Source of the DNA: the human T2T-CHM13v2.0 reference genome, Homo sapiens
Assembly (NCBI RefSeq): GCF_009914755.1
Contig: NC_060931.1
Direction: 5' to 3' (one strand)
DNA: 64,000 bases
Shown here: piece after piece, positions 1 to 14,629 of the stretch
How positions within the stretch are numbered: position 1 is the stretch's first letter
Layout: each line of letters begins with the position of its first letter
Program-made: the position numbers and the translations under genes
The notes under the pieces: model-generated
Told to the model about the DNA's origin: nothing
Database searches by the model: none
The model's input: the letters and a program-made list of their open reading frames with translations, nothing else

Positions 1-1308
1 AGATATCCACATTCAGAAGAATGAAATTGGGCCCTAATCTCACACCATATATAAAAATCAACTTGAAATGCACTAAAGACTTAAATACAAGACCAAAAGC
101 TATAAAACTATTAGAAGAAGACAGAAGAAAAACTGCACAACATGGGCAATGATTTCTCAGATTGGACTACATAAGTACAGGAAACAAAAGCGAAAGTAGA
201 CAAGTGTGATTAGATCAAACTCAAAAGGAAGCAACAGTAGGAAGAGACAATCTACAGATTGGGAGAAAATCTGTGCATGCCATATACCCAATAAGAGGTT
301 AATATTTAAAATATTTAAGTAGCTCAAACATTTCAATGGCAAGAAAACAAAGCAAACAATTAAAAAAAAATTAAAAACGGCAAGGGACCTGAATAAACAT
401 TTCTCAAAAGAAAAAATACAAACGGCCAACAAGTGTATGAAAAAATGCTTAACATCCGTAATCACTAGAGAAATGCAAATTTAACCTACAATAAGATATC
501 ATCTCACACCTGTCAGAATGGCTACTACCAAGAAGATAAAAGATAAGAAATGTTGGCAGGATGTGAAGAAAAAAACTCTTGTGCACTGTTGGTAGGAACA
601 TGAATTAGTACACTGTGGGAAACTGTATGGTTGTTTCTCAAAATCTAAAACTAGAAATACCACGTAATTCTGAAATCCCACTTCTGGATATCTACCAAAA
701 GATTTAAAATCAGTTTTTCAAAGAGATGTCTGCACTCACTCCCATGGTCATTGCAGCACTATTCACAATAGCCAAGTTATGGGATTAATATAAGAGTCCA
801 TCAACAGATTTATTGTTTAAGAAGATGCAGTACATATACAGAACAGAATACTATCAACCTTTAAAAAAGTAACTGTCATTTGCAACCACATGGATGGAAG
901 TGGAGAACATTATGCTAAATAAAATAAGCCTGACACAGAAGACAAATATCACAGGTCCTTACTTATATATGGAATCTAAACAACTGAATTAGAAGCAGAG
1001 TAGAATTGTGGTTCCAAAAGATGGGGTTAGGGGAATGGGGAAATAACAAACACAAGGTATAGAAATCTCAGACACGAGAAATATGTTTTCCTTTTTATTT
1101 TTTAGTTCTATTGCAATGTGGTGAATATAGTTAATAATGGGAATATTGTACATTTCAAAACTGCTGAGTAAATTCCAAATGTTCTCACCACAAAAAATTA
1201 AGTACTTGAAGAGATGTATATGTTAACTAGATTGATTTAATTATTTCATATTGTATTCATAAATTATAATATCACTTTTTACCCCATAAACTTATATAAT
1301 TAAAAATT
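1..1308 (+). mobile_element. Old L1 (L1MA-like) 3' part: ORF2 end and 3' UTR
   Basis: L1 motifs such as catctcacacctgtcagaatggctact, cattgcagcactattcacaatagccaag and an L1M-type 3' UTR; heavily decayed. Confidence 0.9.
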
Positions 1309-1601
1309 GCCGTGGCTGATGCCTGTAATCCCAGCACTTTGGGAGGCTGAGGCGGGAAGATTGCCTGAGCTCAGGGGTTTGAGACCAGCCTGACCAACAT
1401 GGTGAAACCCCATCTCTACTAAAAATACAAAAATTAGCCAGGTGTGGTGGCATGTGCCTGTAATCTCAGCTAATCAGGAGGCTGAGGTAGAAGAATTTCT
1501 TAAACCTGGGAGGCAGAGGTTGCAGTAAGCCGAGATTGTGCCACTGCACTACATCTTGGGCAACAGAGTGAGATGGTGTCTCTCAAAAGGAAAAAAAAAA
1601 A
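1309..1601 (+). mobile_element. Alu (AluS-like) inserted at the L1 3' end
   Basis: gcctgtaatcccagcactttgggaggctgagg dimer with A tail. Confidence 0.97.
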
Positions 1602-2329
1602 GTCAATTTACTTAAACCTTTTTTTAAGAAACAAAATACCATTAGTTGAACTAAGTTAAGGATCTGCAGATAGATAGCTATCATTTGGGTGCCTTACAAA
1701 ATTAATAAAAGAACAGCAAAAAAGAAGTCATATTTAGAAGATACCTTCAAATTTAAAGAAAAAATTCAATAACCTCCAGCAGATGATACAGATTGCTTTT
1801 AACAGACAAGAATGACAGATGTGTAACTTTTCTAGAATACTAAGTAACAAAAAACAATGGAATATGGGAAAAGTAGTTACCTAAGACTCCTGGCTGTCAG
1901 AGAAACAAAAAAAGAGACATTGTACTATGTGCAAGGACTTTGAAAGTAGTGCAATTAATGGAACCTTTCTTGGTAGGGGGGAACTGTTTAGAAACTAGAA
2001 ACTTAATTTGTCCAATGATGAAATAAGTAAGGTTGTAGGAGCAGGGAGAAGAATGGGAACTCCTTTATTCATTCAATGACTATATTTCAGGAACTTACCT
2101 GATGCCAGACTCTAAGCTATATATAAAGATATGAATATATAGACTTTTTTTTCCCCTGATGGAATATGTAGTTAGGCAAGACAGACAAATACATAAATAC
2201 AGAAATGCATTCATAATAAAAATCTATGAAAAACAGACCCATTAGCATCAAAATAAATACAGCATTAGAATTTTCAGGCACAAAATACCTTTTAAACTAC
2301 GTAAAATATTTAAATAAATAAATATAAAA

Positions 2330-3480
2330 TCAGGAAAATAAGAAAGCAAGACAAGTCTCTCTCAATGAGAGTCTTGAAACATAAAATAACAAACAGAAAT
2401 GAGACCTGAAATACAAAAGACAGAATTTTTGTAAATGAAAAGCATTGTTGAACATAAAGAAAAAAGAATCTCAAAAGCAATAGATTAGATTCAGTTGCAG
2501 AGAGAATTACTGAAACTGGAGAAATAATTAAGGAAATTACTCAGAATATATATTAGACAATGAAATGGAAAACAGAGTAGGAAGTTAAAAGATTTGGTAG
2601 ATACAATAAGAATGTCAAATATATATTTAATCAGAATCCCATAAAGGGAGAATAAAAACAACAGGCAAAAAAATAATAATTTATGGTTGTAAATTTTCCA
2701 CCAACTACAGAACAAAAATTCATCAAGGAAACCTAACGAATTTCAAGGTGGATTAAAAAAATCACAAAAAGTAGATAAATTGTAAGGAAACTGAAATACT
2801 AAGTAGAGACAATCTTAAAGCAACTAGAAGGAATACATCAAAACAGACCAACAATTAGCCTGGCAGCGTCTCTCCCAAAAATAATGGTAGCAAGAACACA
2901 AGGACAGTATTTTTAAAGTGCTAAAATCAACAGCAAAAACTACACCCCCCTCAACAAAGCTATCAAACTAGAATGTTTACAACACTCCCCCCTCCACACA
3001 CCAACATTATTTTTCAAGATTAGAAATAAAATACTGCCTCCTTCAAATAAAATATGAAAGTATATCCTTAAAATCCCTTCTTACACTAAAGTCTGTAACT
3101 CACATGGAAGGAAAATAATCTCTGAATCAAGGTCTAAAGAGCAGGAAGGCATGGAAAATTTAAAAATGATTTTAAAATAAGTACATAAATCTAAACACAG
3201 TAGTCTCTAGAAAATTATAAATAAGTAACATCTAAATATAAAGGATATTTAAAAGAACAAAATCAAAATACTGGGTAAGAACAGTAGCATAAAAGTTAGG
3301 AGGTAACTGATCAAACTTGAAATGCTCTAAGATTCATAAAAGTGTTGGGAAAGTAAAATACTGACTTCAGATTTTCAAATAAATGGGCAAAGAAAAATTT
3401 TAAGAGACTGCTTAATGTATAAAAATAGGATGTGAAACTTCTAACAAGCAGAGAGAAATTGGAGTAAAAACAAAGGGGAT
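2330..3480 (+). mobile_element. Very old L1 (L1M/L1ME) ORF1-region fragment
   Basis: A-rich, decayed ORF1-like motifs (atcttaaagcaactagaagg); boundaries approximate. Confidence 0.55.
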
Positions 3481-3551
3481 CTCAGGTGGCTAAAGCAAAT
3501 GGAGACTCTGAATACTTTCTCCAAAAATAGTACTGAACGAGATCAAAGTAG

Positions 3552-3585
3552 ACACGCACACATACACACACACACACACACACAC
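3552..3585. repeat. (CA)n microsatellite
   Basis: Directly visible. Confidence 0.95.
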
Positions 3586-5648
3586 CTTTGATACCATTTA
3601 AGACAAAAAAAAATCCCCAAACTTCAAAGTAACTGCAAGTTAAAGAAAATAAGAGAAAACCAGCAAATCTCAATAAGCAATTTCTCCTTCTCCTGTTCTG
3701 CCATAAATGTTTGTGTGGCAACTAAGGGCAAACTGAAAAAATATGAAAAGAAAGAAGGGAGCTACTGATGAGTATAAAGTTTATTTAAAATCACCACCAA
3801 AAACAGTAATTCTGACTTAAATGTGAAAATACTAAAACGTGTGAATAACCAGCAAGACTTCAAGGAAGGGACTTAAAATTATGCTTGATTTGGCAGACTT
3901 CTCCTGGGGAAAACACACACACACAACAAGGGAGAAGAAATATTTGGCAACAGAGTAATGAAGAGGAAAAGAAAAAAAATTAGGTTCCTGAAATATGAAA
4001 GACAACCAAACAACTGGAGGACACATAACTCCTTTCTCCACCATTAAATAAGATTAACTAAAGAAGCCAGATTCTGCTACAGTGACAGAAGAGGGCAGCA
4101 TTGAATTAGGTATCGTGTAAACCCTAGTCAAATCCACAAGAAATTAATGAGAGAACTTAATAAATGTATAGTTATTACATAAAATAAAATTCAGTTACCT
4201 CAGTTAATGACTCCCCTGCTCTCCAAAAAATAATGAGGCAAAAGACTAAGGTAACACTCCAAACTGAATAGCCTTTGACTATCTGACTTTCAAAACTATG
4301 TTAATGTTTCACGCACTCCAAAAAAATAATTAGAATCAAGCAGGATGGGGTAGGGATACTCCAAAATCGATTAACAATATGAAATGAACCAAAATGTACT
4401 ATAAATAAAGAACCAAACTGAAGAGGGTGGCCCTAACTAAATTTGGAAATTAGTATTTTGATTCAATATTCTAAGACAAAGAACTATATATAAAACTATC
4501 ATACTCATTAGTACTATTGTTTTCTAAGAGATATGGGTTAGCAATTCTGAAAGTATACTATGTGTATGCTATGTTGAGTAAGATATATGTTAGAGAGATG
4601 GATTACATATAAGAAAAAGGAGAGCTAGAAAATTCTATGATGTTGGACTGAAAAATCGAGATATCAACAAATGGTTTCTTTTAGCTAGATTATAAATTAC
4701 ATACGAATACACTCAGTTACAAATGTAGAAATAGGTATAGAAGAGTGTTTCTGTGTCTAGAAATAGATATATTTCCTAGTCCTGTTCACTTTGAAAGGGC
4801 TTACAAATTGTGACATGCAAGGTGCAATGAGCACCCTTAGTGCTCAGGATCTTGGTTTCTAAATACCAATTTTTAAAAAAAGAAATTTAGGTTTCTTGGA
4901 GAAATTGCTCATTTCAAGCCTGAATGAAGAATAAGATGAGTCTGAAATATCCTTTGGTGCCAGAATGTAGGGACATCCTCAAAATCTGATGAGAACATTG
5001 TGAAGGACAACATAAGGCAACATGAAGGAGCTCCCATTCACCACATGTGGGAAAACTGGAGCAACAAAATCATGAGAGTATGGAACAGAATCCATAAAAT
5101 AAGACTAATACTAATGAGTTCATTCAGATAGATTAGATAGATAGAAAGGGAAAAAGAGCAGAAAGACATAGATGGCACAAAAGGTAAAGATCTTTATTGG
5201 AAAATTCCAATTAATACATTTGGAAAGAATGATGGGAATAAAAAACCACTAAGTGACAAGCAACACTATATAAAGGTTTCCAACAAGAATCATTGATGCA
5301 TGATAAAATTATCGTGTAATGGTATGATTAAAAATCGGGATATTTACATAGTTTCCAAATATTTTACCATAATTATTAATTATAAAGGTAGTAATATATT
5401 TTCAGTGGAGAAACCCAGCAGATGCCACTTTAACCAAGTGATCTAGGTTAATATCAGCAGTGAGACAGATATCATGTGATCCCTGATATGATGCACTGAG
5501 AAGGATATAACACTAATTCAGTGGTATTCTTGCCTAAATGCATTTATTCATGAGAAAACAGCAGAGAAATCTAAATGAGGGACATTATACAAAACAAATC
5601 AGTATTTGCCAAAAGTACAAAGTCATGAAAGACAAAGAAAGAATGAGT

Positions 5649-5942
5649 GGTCGGGCGCAGTGGCTCACATCTGTAATCCCAGCAATTTAGGAGGCCTAGG
5701 CAGGTGGATCACCTGAGGTCAGGCATTCAAGACCAGCCTGGCCAACATGGCGAAACCCCATCTCTACTAAAAATACAAACATTAGCCAGGCCTGGTGGCA
5801 CTTGCCTGTAATCCCAGCTACTTGGGAAGCTGAGGCAGAATTGCTTGAACCCAGGAGATGGAGGTTGCAGTGAGCCAAGATTGCACCACTGCACCCAGCC
5901 TGGGCAATACAGCGAGACTCGGTCGAAAAAAAAAAAAAAAAA
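5649..5942 (+). mobile_element. Alu (AluSx-like)
   Basis: Full dimer with A tail. Confidence 0.97.
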
Positions 5943-6020
5943 GGAAAGGAAAGGGAAGGGAAGGGAAAGGAAAGGGAAGGGAAAGGGAAGGGAGAGAGAG
6001 AGAGAAACAAACAAACAAAC
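5943..6020. repeat. Purine-rich (GGAAA/GGGAA)n, (GA)n and (CAAA)n tract extending the Alu tail
   Basis: Directly visible. Confidence 0.9.
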
Positions 6021-7699
6021 ATTCCAGAATAAAGGAGACCAAGAAGACATGACAACAAAATGCAACATGTGTTCCCGGATTGAATCCTGGATCAGAAAAA
6101 GCGTATCAGAGGAACAAGAACAAAACATGAATAAGATTTGTAGCTTACATAACCGAGTTAATCAATGTTAACCACCTGACAGGGACTCCGCCCAGGTACC
6201 ATACAAAGCAATCTGGCTGAAAGTCTTTATGTGTCACTCTAGAGACCATGTTTTCCTGTTTGTTGTAAAGAATCATCATCAGCACTGAAAACCAGGCCCT
6301 GCTGCTTTTTTAGCATCTAGAGCTCTCTCAGACCTGGGCTGCAGACTTCCACATGTATTTTTCTGATATAGACCTTATATACAGATTTTTCCCTTAAAAA
6401 GATGTCAACTTGGAAAATGATGGATTTTAAAATGGGTTAACCATTAAGAAACATGCTTTCAGTATTCCTTTTGTTGTATCTTCCATGTGAATCGGTTGTT
6501 TCTCTCTCTTTATTCCCACTGTGAGCTGGTTTTCATGTCTCAAGTGAAACCAGGTAGTGTGAATCTGTTCCAGGCCAAATCTGCAGCATCAGGGGTGAGT
6601 TCTCTTTGGAAGCGACTCTGAACTGAGCACGTAGTCATATCTACATGTGGAACTCTGGGTAGACGAGCCTTCCTTTTCTTTCCTTCAGGCATTTGCTTTT
6701 CCTTGTCTTCTGTTACAGAGGCTGAGTGAGGCAGGAGTTCTTTGGCCTCTAGACCTTGGCCAGGCCATCTTGCTGTCAGGAAGGATGGAAGAGCAAGCCT
6801 CCCTCCAGCAGCCCTGGCTGGAAACCTCTAGGCTCTGCTGCAAAACTGCACACACCTTGCGGGAGCTACGTGCACCCCAGTACATCATCAGAACCAGGGA
6901 GCACATCCTTGCCACTTGGAAGTGGCTTTGGCAGCTTCACAACTTCCTTTCCCTCTTTCTAATCCAGGTTGTACAATCCAAAGAGGAATCCTCTAACATT
7001 TCCTACCAACCTCATCTGCATTCCCACCATCTTCCTTGTAAGAAAGGCCTCACGTGTTTGACCAGAATCCATTCATGCTGCAGTTACTCAGGTTACTATT
7101 GCCCATACAGGTCAGTTCCAGAGTCCTCAGCCTTGCTCCTCCAAATATGCAACATTGCACTTGTGTTATTGTAACTTACTTCCCCACCTTTGAGTCCTAG
7201 AGTGACTGTCTCCTAAATGTACCAAGACATGAGTAAGCTTTAAAACATAACAGGTCAGTGTCAAGATGGTAAGAAGCTTCTGTGTTCTAATGTAATTACA
7301 TATCCCAAAATCATGCCATTAAGATCATCCAACTAACTTCCTTTCCTCAATAAATCTTCATCAGGTTTTTGAATTGGCTCTTAGAATGTATCCATTCATT
7401 AAGTACTTACAAGGTCTCGGCTCCATGCCAACCACTGTTCTATATCAACTCTTCATGAATTGGTCTCTGAATCCAGCCAATTTTGGGCGCACCACCCAAG
7501 GAGAAGTTTTACTTCTGTCTCTCTGAGGTACAGACTGTGGAAGGTGGTGGTCTTACCAAGATGGGGCCGACTTGTGTAGCCTTTTCTCACAGGGAAGAAA
7601 GCCAGCCAACCAAGAACACATCTTACTTGGCCTATGGGACATACTGTGCCTGCACTGCTCCTACACGTGACTGCTGGCATTGAGTTAGACTGATCTGAA

Positions 7700-7890
7700 C
7701 CCTAGACAAGGAGCCAGAAAACATGCATCCAAGCCCTGCTACTTAAAAATTGTGCTCTTGAACAGTCACTTAGCATCTCTTCTTTGACTGCTTGTCTTTA
7801 AAAGAAAGTACAGAGGCACAAATACCAATCCCAGTGTGTAGCCTGCTTCCTGAGAGTCAGCACAAGTGAGATAATCTGTGAATCAATAAA
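7700..7890 (+). mobile_element. MIR-like fragment
   Basis: ctagacaaggagccagaaaacatg...ttgaacagtcacttagcatctct...gtgagataatctgtg. Confidence 0.5.
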
Positions 7891-8739
7891 ATGTTGGACA
7901 AAGGAAAGAACTAGGACTGCCTGGGATTCCTTTTCATTGATAGTTAAGATGAATTCATGACTGTTAGCTGTGACGTCTGCAGTGTCTGAGGATGACTGGA
8001 AACAAAGTTTCCCAAGGCATTGCTTTCTACCATGTCAGCTCTGAAGAAGTTGGCTAAGGAAAACTAAATCTGAAGTATAAATCCTAGCATCATGGAGCTC
8101 AAATGGACAAGCTTTTGTTTTTAAGACATTGATTATTCTAACCTAAAGACCTCCTTGGTTTAGGGATACGAAGCCTGGGCAGTAGTTGTGTCCTCAGTGG
8201 CCCTTACTCAGCTGAGGGAGAAAGGAGGGAACCTGTGAAAACAGATCAGAGATAGGAGGAGGATGAGGCTGCCCTCATCCTCAGACAACCTCTGCCCCAT
8301 TCACTCACTTGTTTTGCCCGGTCTCCGAAGGAGTCTTTCTTGGTGCCCCAGCCCCACAGCCAGCTCCATGCTCATTCCTGTCCCCAACTTCCAGCCTTGA
8401 TTAAAACCCACATTTTCCAACCCTTGACCGTCCTAGATTCATCACTTAACTGCTTGATAAGACTCAAAACAATTTCTAATTACAGGGAAGGCTACTATGT
8501 GCACAGATGGTAAGACAAGGACTGTGCCCTCCGTATCATGTGGGTCCTTTGCCCAGCCCTGGGCAGGCACACAGTAGGATCATAGAAAGTGGGTGCTGAA
8601 TTGAATCACACATCTCATTGGTAGACCATGTTCATTTTCAGTGTTTCCATTAAATCTAAAAATCTGAAAAAAAAATTAAAAAAAATGCAAAACACCAAAA
8701 TCCTTAAACAGCTAAGAAATAAAAAAACAAACAAAAAAG

Positions 8740-9058
8740 AAAGCAAAAAATAAGGTGAGATATACAAGTCCAAATAATTTTCCAATTTCAATAAATGTAA
8801 ACAGACAAAACTTGAAGTGAAAACACAGAGATTGTCAAGATGGATTAAAAACCAAATGTAACTCTATGACCTTTATAACAGTCATACCTAAAACACAAGG
8901 ACCCAAAAGTCTGAACGTAATTTAAAAGGATATGCCAGACCAGGTTTGCACCAAAAGAAACTTTGGTTCACTATATTCACCAGAAAATATAGACTTCAAA
9001 ACAAAAAGCAGTATTATAGAGTGTCACTACAAAAGTTATAAAAAGTTTAATTCACCAG
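8740..9058 (+). mobile_element. Old L1 ORF2 endonuclease-region fragment
   Basis: acagagattgtcaagatggattaaaaac, aaatatagacttcaaaacaaaa. Confidence 0.7.
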
Positions 9059-9064
9059 AGGCCG

Positions 9065-9385
9065 GTTTTGGATGTTAGGAGCAATGAAGTATGCTTTGGA
9101 TAAATCTGAAATGCCAGGAAGACAACTAAGAGAAGGTATCAAGTAGACAGCTGTATATGTTGAGTCTGGAACGTGGAAAAGAGTCATTTGCAAATAAAAG
9201 GTGTTTAAATCCTTAGAAGTGTGCAAGAATTCCTAAGGATCACACAGGAGTGTCTTAAGAATCTTCAGCATTTAGGAATCTAGTGGAAGTCAAGCTGGCA
9301 AGGAGTGCAACAAGGAACAGACACATTTTATAGAAAGAAATCAGGACACTGTTGTGTAATGGAACCTGAGATTAAAAAGCCATAA
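9065..9385 (-). mobile_element. L2 fragment
   Basis: gaaggtatcaagtagacagctgtatatgttgagtctgga-type L2 motif. Confidence 0.55.
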
Positions 9386-9432
9386 AGAAGAAAATGGTAC
9401 CTTGTTAACCATTAGTATTTACAGAGTATTAC

Positions 9433-10050
9433 TAACAAAGCCTTTCTCCTTGATCAAACTGTAATCAGGCTCCTTTAAGCCCTTCAGGTTTTGACCTTGG
9501 TCAGGTCTGTATCATCCGGTTTTATCAGGAATCTTGTTAAATTAATTTAGCAAAAATTCTACACCCTCAATGTCTTATCAACCTCAATATCTGATCAAAT
9601 TTCTCATCCCCCACCATCTTCCAGGTGCTATCTCATCACCCTGGTCTGCCTTCAATAAGAATCCCATCAAGTGAGTTTAACCAGAATCACCCCTTACCCC
9701 TAATGTTTCTCTTAGTGACTGTAAAACATTAAATCCCATCATTGTACTATATAGATGTCAGTACTTAGAGAAGGGTAAACAAATTTATGGTAGGCTTTTA
9801 GAATCAAATTTATGAGGATTTTGTAATTTCTCAAAGAATGATAGAAAAAGCTATAACATCATTGTTCTCCAAATCTTTATTTCCACCCACTGGCTCCTCG
9901 TCTTGTTCCTTGGCTATAAATCTCTACTTTTCCTTGCTGTATTCAAAGTTGAGGCCAGTCTCTCTCTCCTACTGCAAAACCTCATTGAAGTCATCCCTTG
10001 AATAAAGTCTTCTTTACTATCTTTAACAAGTATTAAAATAATATTTAACA
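9433..10050 (+). mobile_element. ERV1 solo LTR (MER34/MER39-like) with an internal ~155-bp insert
   Basis: ctccttgatcaaactgtaatcaggctcc start, ttggctataaa TATA-like box, gaataaagtc poly(A) signal; family from memory. Confidence 0.65.
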
Positions 10051-10909
10051 TTACAGAAAAAAGAATTGGTTATAAAGAGATAGACAATTGTTCTTAATAG
10101 ATGATGAAGCAAAGCAACATGACTAATAATTCTGAAAAGATAAGGATTTAAAAAATACATTATTTAAAGTGTATCACAGAACCTGGGAATGTAAAGAGAT
10201 AATGATAAGGTTGAAAGTGGTACTGGATTTCTCATTTTACACAAAGACAAGCCAATATATATTAAATCATCACTGATCTGAAGAAAAAAATGTACATAGA
10301 GAACAAAAACAATCAGCAATAGTATAAAACAAGCTTATGTCTTACAAAATCACTAGGGATAAAAGGTAATAAAATTTGAATAACTTGTCCAAACTCACAT
10401 AGGTAATGACTGAAAAACTCAGAGTCCAAACCAGAATTGAAATCTAGAGAGTCCGACCACTTCATAGCTACATTAGAAATATACTTATCTGAGAAAACAT
10501 GCTTTTAAATGATTATTTGAAGTTTAGATTTATTTGTTATTTTATGCAATTTTATATCAAATTTAAAAATAGAATCCCTGTCTTGAGATTTTAAATGATT
10601 TGGCAGCAGAAAATTGGCTGTGTGGTCTAATACACATTCACACCTCCACAGCATGTATAACTTGCTTTCAGGAATAACCCCTCCACCTCCCAAAAAATAA
10701 AAAAAATTACCTAGTTAATTTATGTTTACAATGTGAATACAGACTAATGAGAGAATCAAATCTCTTGGATCAATAATAATAAAAACCTTAACTTGAAAAT
10801 TGGGACACTAATGATTCCCGAATTTGCAATATCCAGACAAAAGGTAGAAGTAAGCGTTCTTTTTTAGTGAATATTGATGGAGGAATAAAAAAAGACTTCG
10901 TAAAACAGA

Positions 10910-11357
10910 TGTAATGGACATAAAGCAAATATTTATTGAGTCAAAATGTCATTTTCTCTTATAGTTTATATTGTCACACATATGCATTACAAAGGTAAGC
11001 AGGAAGCCTTGTCAATTTCAGGAACTGTCATGCCATAAAATGATAAGCCACAGGGAAAAACAAATACCAGAATCAAGTTGCTAAAGCAAAGGCAAAAATA
11101 AAAATTTAAACCAAAACATACATTGATTTGACTGTCATGGTTGGTCAGGTTTGGCATGATCCCTGGCAGGATCTGTTTTATATTGAGAAATGATGAACAT
11201 TTGCTTTCTCTGCCGACATGTTTTCAGTGAGGTGTAGGACATAGGAAACGCTAAGGAACATTTAATTATTGCTCCAGCATTATAATAAACTGAAAGAGAT
11301 CTGGGGAAAATACAAATAAGCAGCACATTACAAATCTCCTGTGGCACCCTGGAAACC
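10910..11357 (-). other. Candidate terminal exon of an unidentified minus-strand transcript
   Basis: Minus-strand acceptor catttcctttgtag|g at 11357; AATAAA at 10932-10937; unique sequence; 3' end approximate. Confidence 0.35.
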
Positions 11358-13046
11358 CTACAAAGGAAATGTTAACATGTTTACCATTCACTCAGCCTAG
11401 AGCATAATTCTCCAGTTTGCTGGATATACTAATTTCATAAAGAATAATTTAGCTGTTATATAGAACACGCACAATCAAAAGGAAAAGAAGGGCTAGGGCT
11501 AACAAAATCTTTCTTCCTTTTAATTGTTTATTCATTCTGATTGGGATTGGAAGGCCTTTAAAAGACAAATATCTGGCAGCTATAAATAATTAAAATACTA
11601 GCAAAGAGCAATAATAATTACAAGAAAGAAAGAGTCCATCTTGATTATACACATTTCCAATGAAAAGAATGAGAGACACCACTGAATACTAAACTTAGAA
11701 AAGAAAAAAACAATTGATAATCTTTATAAGAACATGTTATAAGACAATTAAAAGTCAACATGTTCATAGGAAGTTCTTATAATTACACACATCATTCTTA
11801 TAAAAACATACTCCTCTTACAGAATAAAATATTTATTTCTATAACATGAAAAATGAAAGGACAACTTGAACTGAGAAACCTATCCCACTCAGATTTGTTT
11901 TGTTTTAATGTCTTACTTGGAAATAAGTCATCATGGCAGGGACAAAAATGAAGTAAAAACATAAACTCATCTAGATTATCTATGAAAACTGTAGCTTACA
12001 CTGACATTATTTATGCTATTATACTCCTTTTTAAAACAATGGTAAGAGTTTAGGAAGAAAGGGTGGGAGAAGTTTGTCTAATTGGTATGGAAGAAGCCGG
12101 AGGGCTTGCTCTTCTTATTTTCAATAATCAAAGCAGGAAGAATATACTAATTTACAATAATTATTTTCAACATGAGGTGATAACTACTTTGTACACCCCT
12201 TTATAGCATGTTAACCTTTCTGCCACTCATGAGTTATATGGCATATAGAAGGAATCAAGTAGGTGTTTTCAGAAGGAAGCAAAATAGATTTGTTTAAAAG
12301 AATAGTAAAAAGTGTCTTAGTTTTACCTAGGCACATTTTAGGTATGAGGTTATAGGGGCACAAAAGGCGATGCAAAGAACTTTTAATATCTTATAGTTTG
12401 GCTGCTTATAATAGGCTTGTTAATCAAAAAAGCTATGAGAAATTATAAATATAATTGATATTTGCTATAGTTTAATATGCTTGAAATTTAAACACCCTAA
12501 GACATGACATTAAGCTTATAAGTGCTCATTTTTCTTCCCTTCAAAACAAAATAGTTTTCATTTCCTTAGGTCTAATGTGTTGCTAATTTCCAGGGTACAT
12601 AAAACAGCAGGAAATCCATTTAACTTGGAGAAGAGGAATATCAAATATAGATAAGCCATAAGAGACTCAAATTTCAGATAAGTCCAAAGGCAAACTATGT
12701 TAGAATCATGAGAATTTGTCATGTCAGGAAACAAAATCCAAAAACTCCAGTAACTTAAGTTCTGTCCAGCAACATTCATTTTCACATTAACCACAAGAAG
12801 CCAAGGATAGCTTTCAAAAAATAACTATTTTATAGCTCTTAGCAGGGGACCACCCAACATGCTAGGCCACCCAGTAAATATCATGTAATAGTGATGATAA
12901 ACTCTAAGATATGGGTTGTATGCCAAATTGTATGGTGCCTAAGAGGCATGGGAAGAGGTCATTACAGCACATTAAACTCTGGAAATCCGTGAGTCGAGGA
13001 TTTAAGGGAGATTCTAAATTCGTGATTGTTTAACCGCTTTACTTAC

Positions 13047-13071
13047 AACTTTTCATATTTTAGAAAAACAG
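13047..13071 (-). other. Candidate 25-nt micro-exon
   Basis: ttttgtttgtttag|CTGTTTTTCTAAAATATGAAAAGTT|gtaagt on the minus strand. Confidence 0.45.
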
Positions 13072-13250
13072 CTAAACAAACAAAAATATGGAAAGGTTTT
13101 CTCCAACACCAGCCATTTTACAAAATAAAATTTCATTTAAAAATGTGAATTAAATTTAACTTAAACAACATTCATCCTATTTCTTAATTGCTACTCATCG
13201 CTTTTCAAAACCCACTCAGACATCCATATTGACATTTAAAATAAAATGCC

Positions 13251-14165
13251 TTAGGTTGATTTCCTATCTTGGCTATTGTGAATAGAGCTGCAATAAACAT
13301 GGAAGTGCAGATATCCCTATCACATACTCATTTCCCTTCCTTTGGATAAATAACCAGTAGTTGGATTGCTGGATCATATAGGCTCAATTTCTTTCTTTTT
13401 TTTTTTTTTTTTTTTGAGGAACCTCCATACTGTTTTCCATAATGGCTGTACCAATTTACATTCCCACCAATGGTGTGTACGAGTTCCATTTTCTCTGCAT
13501 CCTTGTTATTGTCTTTTTGATAAAGCCATTCTAACTGGGATGAAATAGCTCATTGTGGTTTAGATTTGCTAATGATTAGCAAGTTTGCACATTTTTCCAT
13601 GTAATTTGTTGGCCATTTGTATTATTTTGAGAAGTGACTTTCAGATTAATTTGTAGTATATATATATGCAATGGGATACTATTTAGCCATAAAAAAAGAA
13701 TGAAATTCTGTCACTTGTGGATAACATGGATGATCCTGGAGAATATTAAGTGGAATAAGTCAGGCATAAAGAGATAAATGCTACATGTTCTCACTCATAT
13801 GTGGAAGCTAAATATGTTGATTTCATAGAAATAAAGAGTAGAATAGTGGTTACTAGTGGCTGGGATCTACAAAGGTTGGTTAGTAGATACAAAATTACAG
13901 CTAGACAGAGGGAATGAGTTCTAGTGTTCTATAGCACTACAGGGTAACTATAACTAACAATAATCTATTGTATATTTTCAAATAGCTGTAAGAGAGAATT
14001 TTGAATATTCCAACACACAAAAAAATGATACATGTTTGAAGTGCTGGATATGCTAATTACCTTGATTTAATTATAACACATTGTATACATGTATCAAAAT
14101 GTCACATTGTACCCATAAATATGTACAATTAAATGTCAATTAAAATAATTTTAAAATAAAAAAAT
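13251..14165. mobile_element. L1MA-like 3' end with 5' inversion (twin priming)
   Basis: About 13251-13650 minus, 13651-14165 plus; the two pieces are near-adjacent in the L1 consensus. Confidence 0.85.
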
Positions 14166-14190
14166 ATATATAATCTCCTATTTTCATTGA

Positions 14191-14629
<439 letters not shown>

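Larger units (their letters stand above)
4265..6172 (+). mobile_element. L1MC-like 3' UTR, interrupted by an Alu
   Basis: ctttgactatctgactttcaaaac, tttcagtggagaaacccagcagatgccactttaaccaagtgatc, gacatgacaacaaaatgcaac. Confidence 0.75.

Noticed and set aside
5696-6171. Overlapping ORFs with low-complexity K/R/G or F/P/S tracts
   Set aside because: Translations of an Alu and its purine-rich tail
6647-7174. Longest non-repeat ORF (175 aa, + strand)
   Set aside because: GTG start, no recognisable domain, and no poly(A)/TSD marking a retrocopy; treated as a chance ORF
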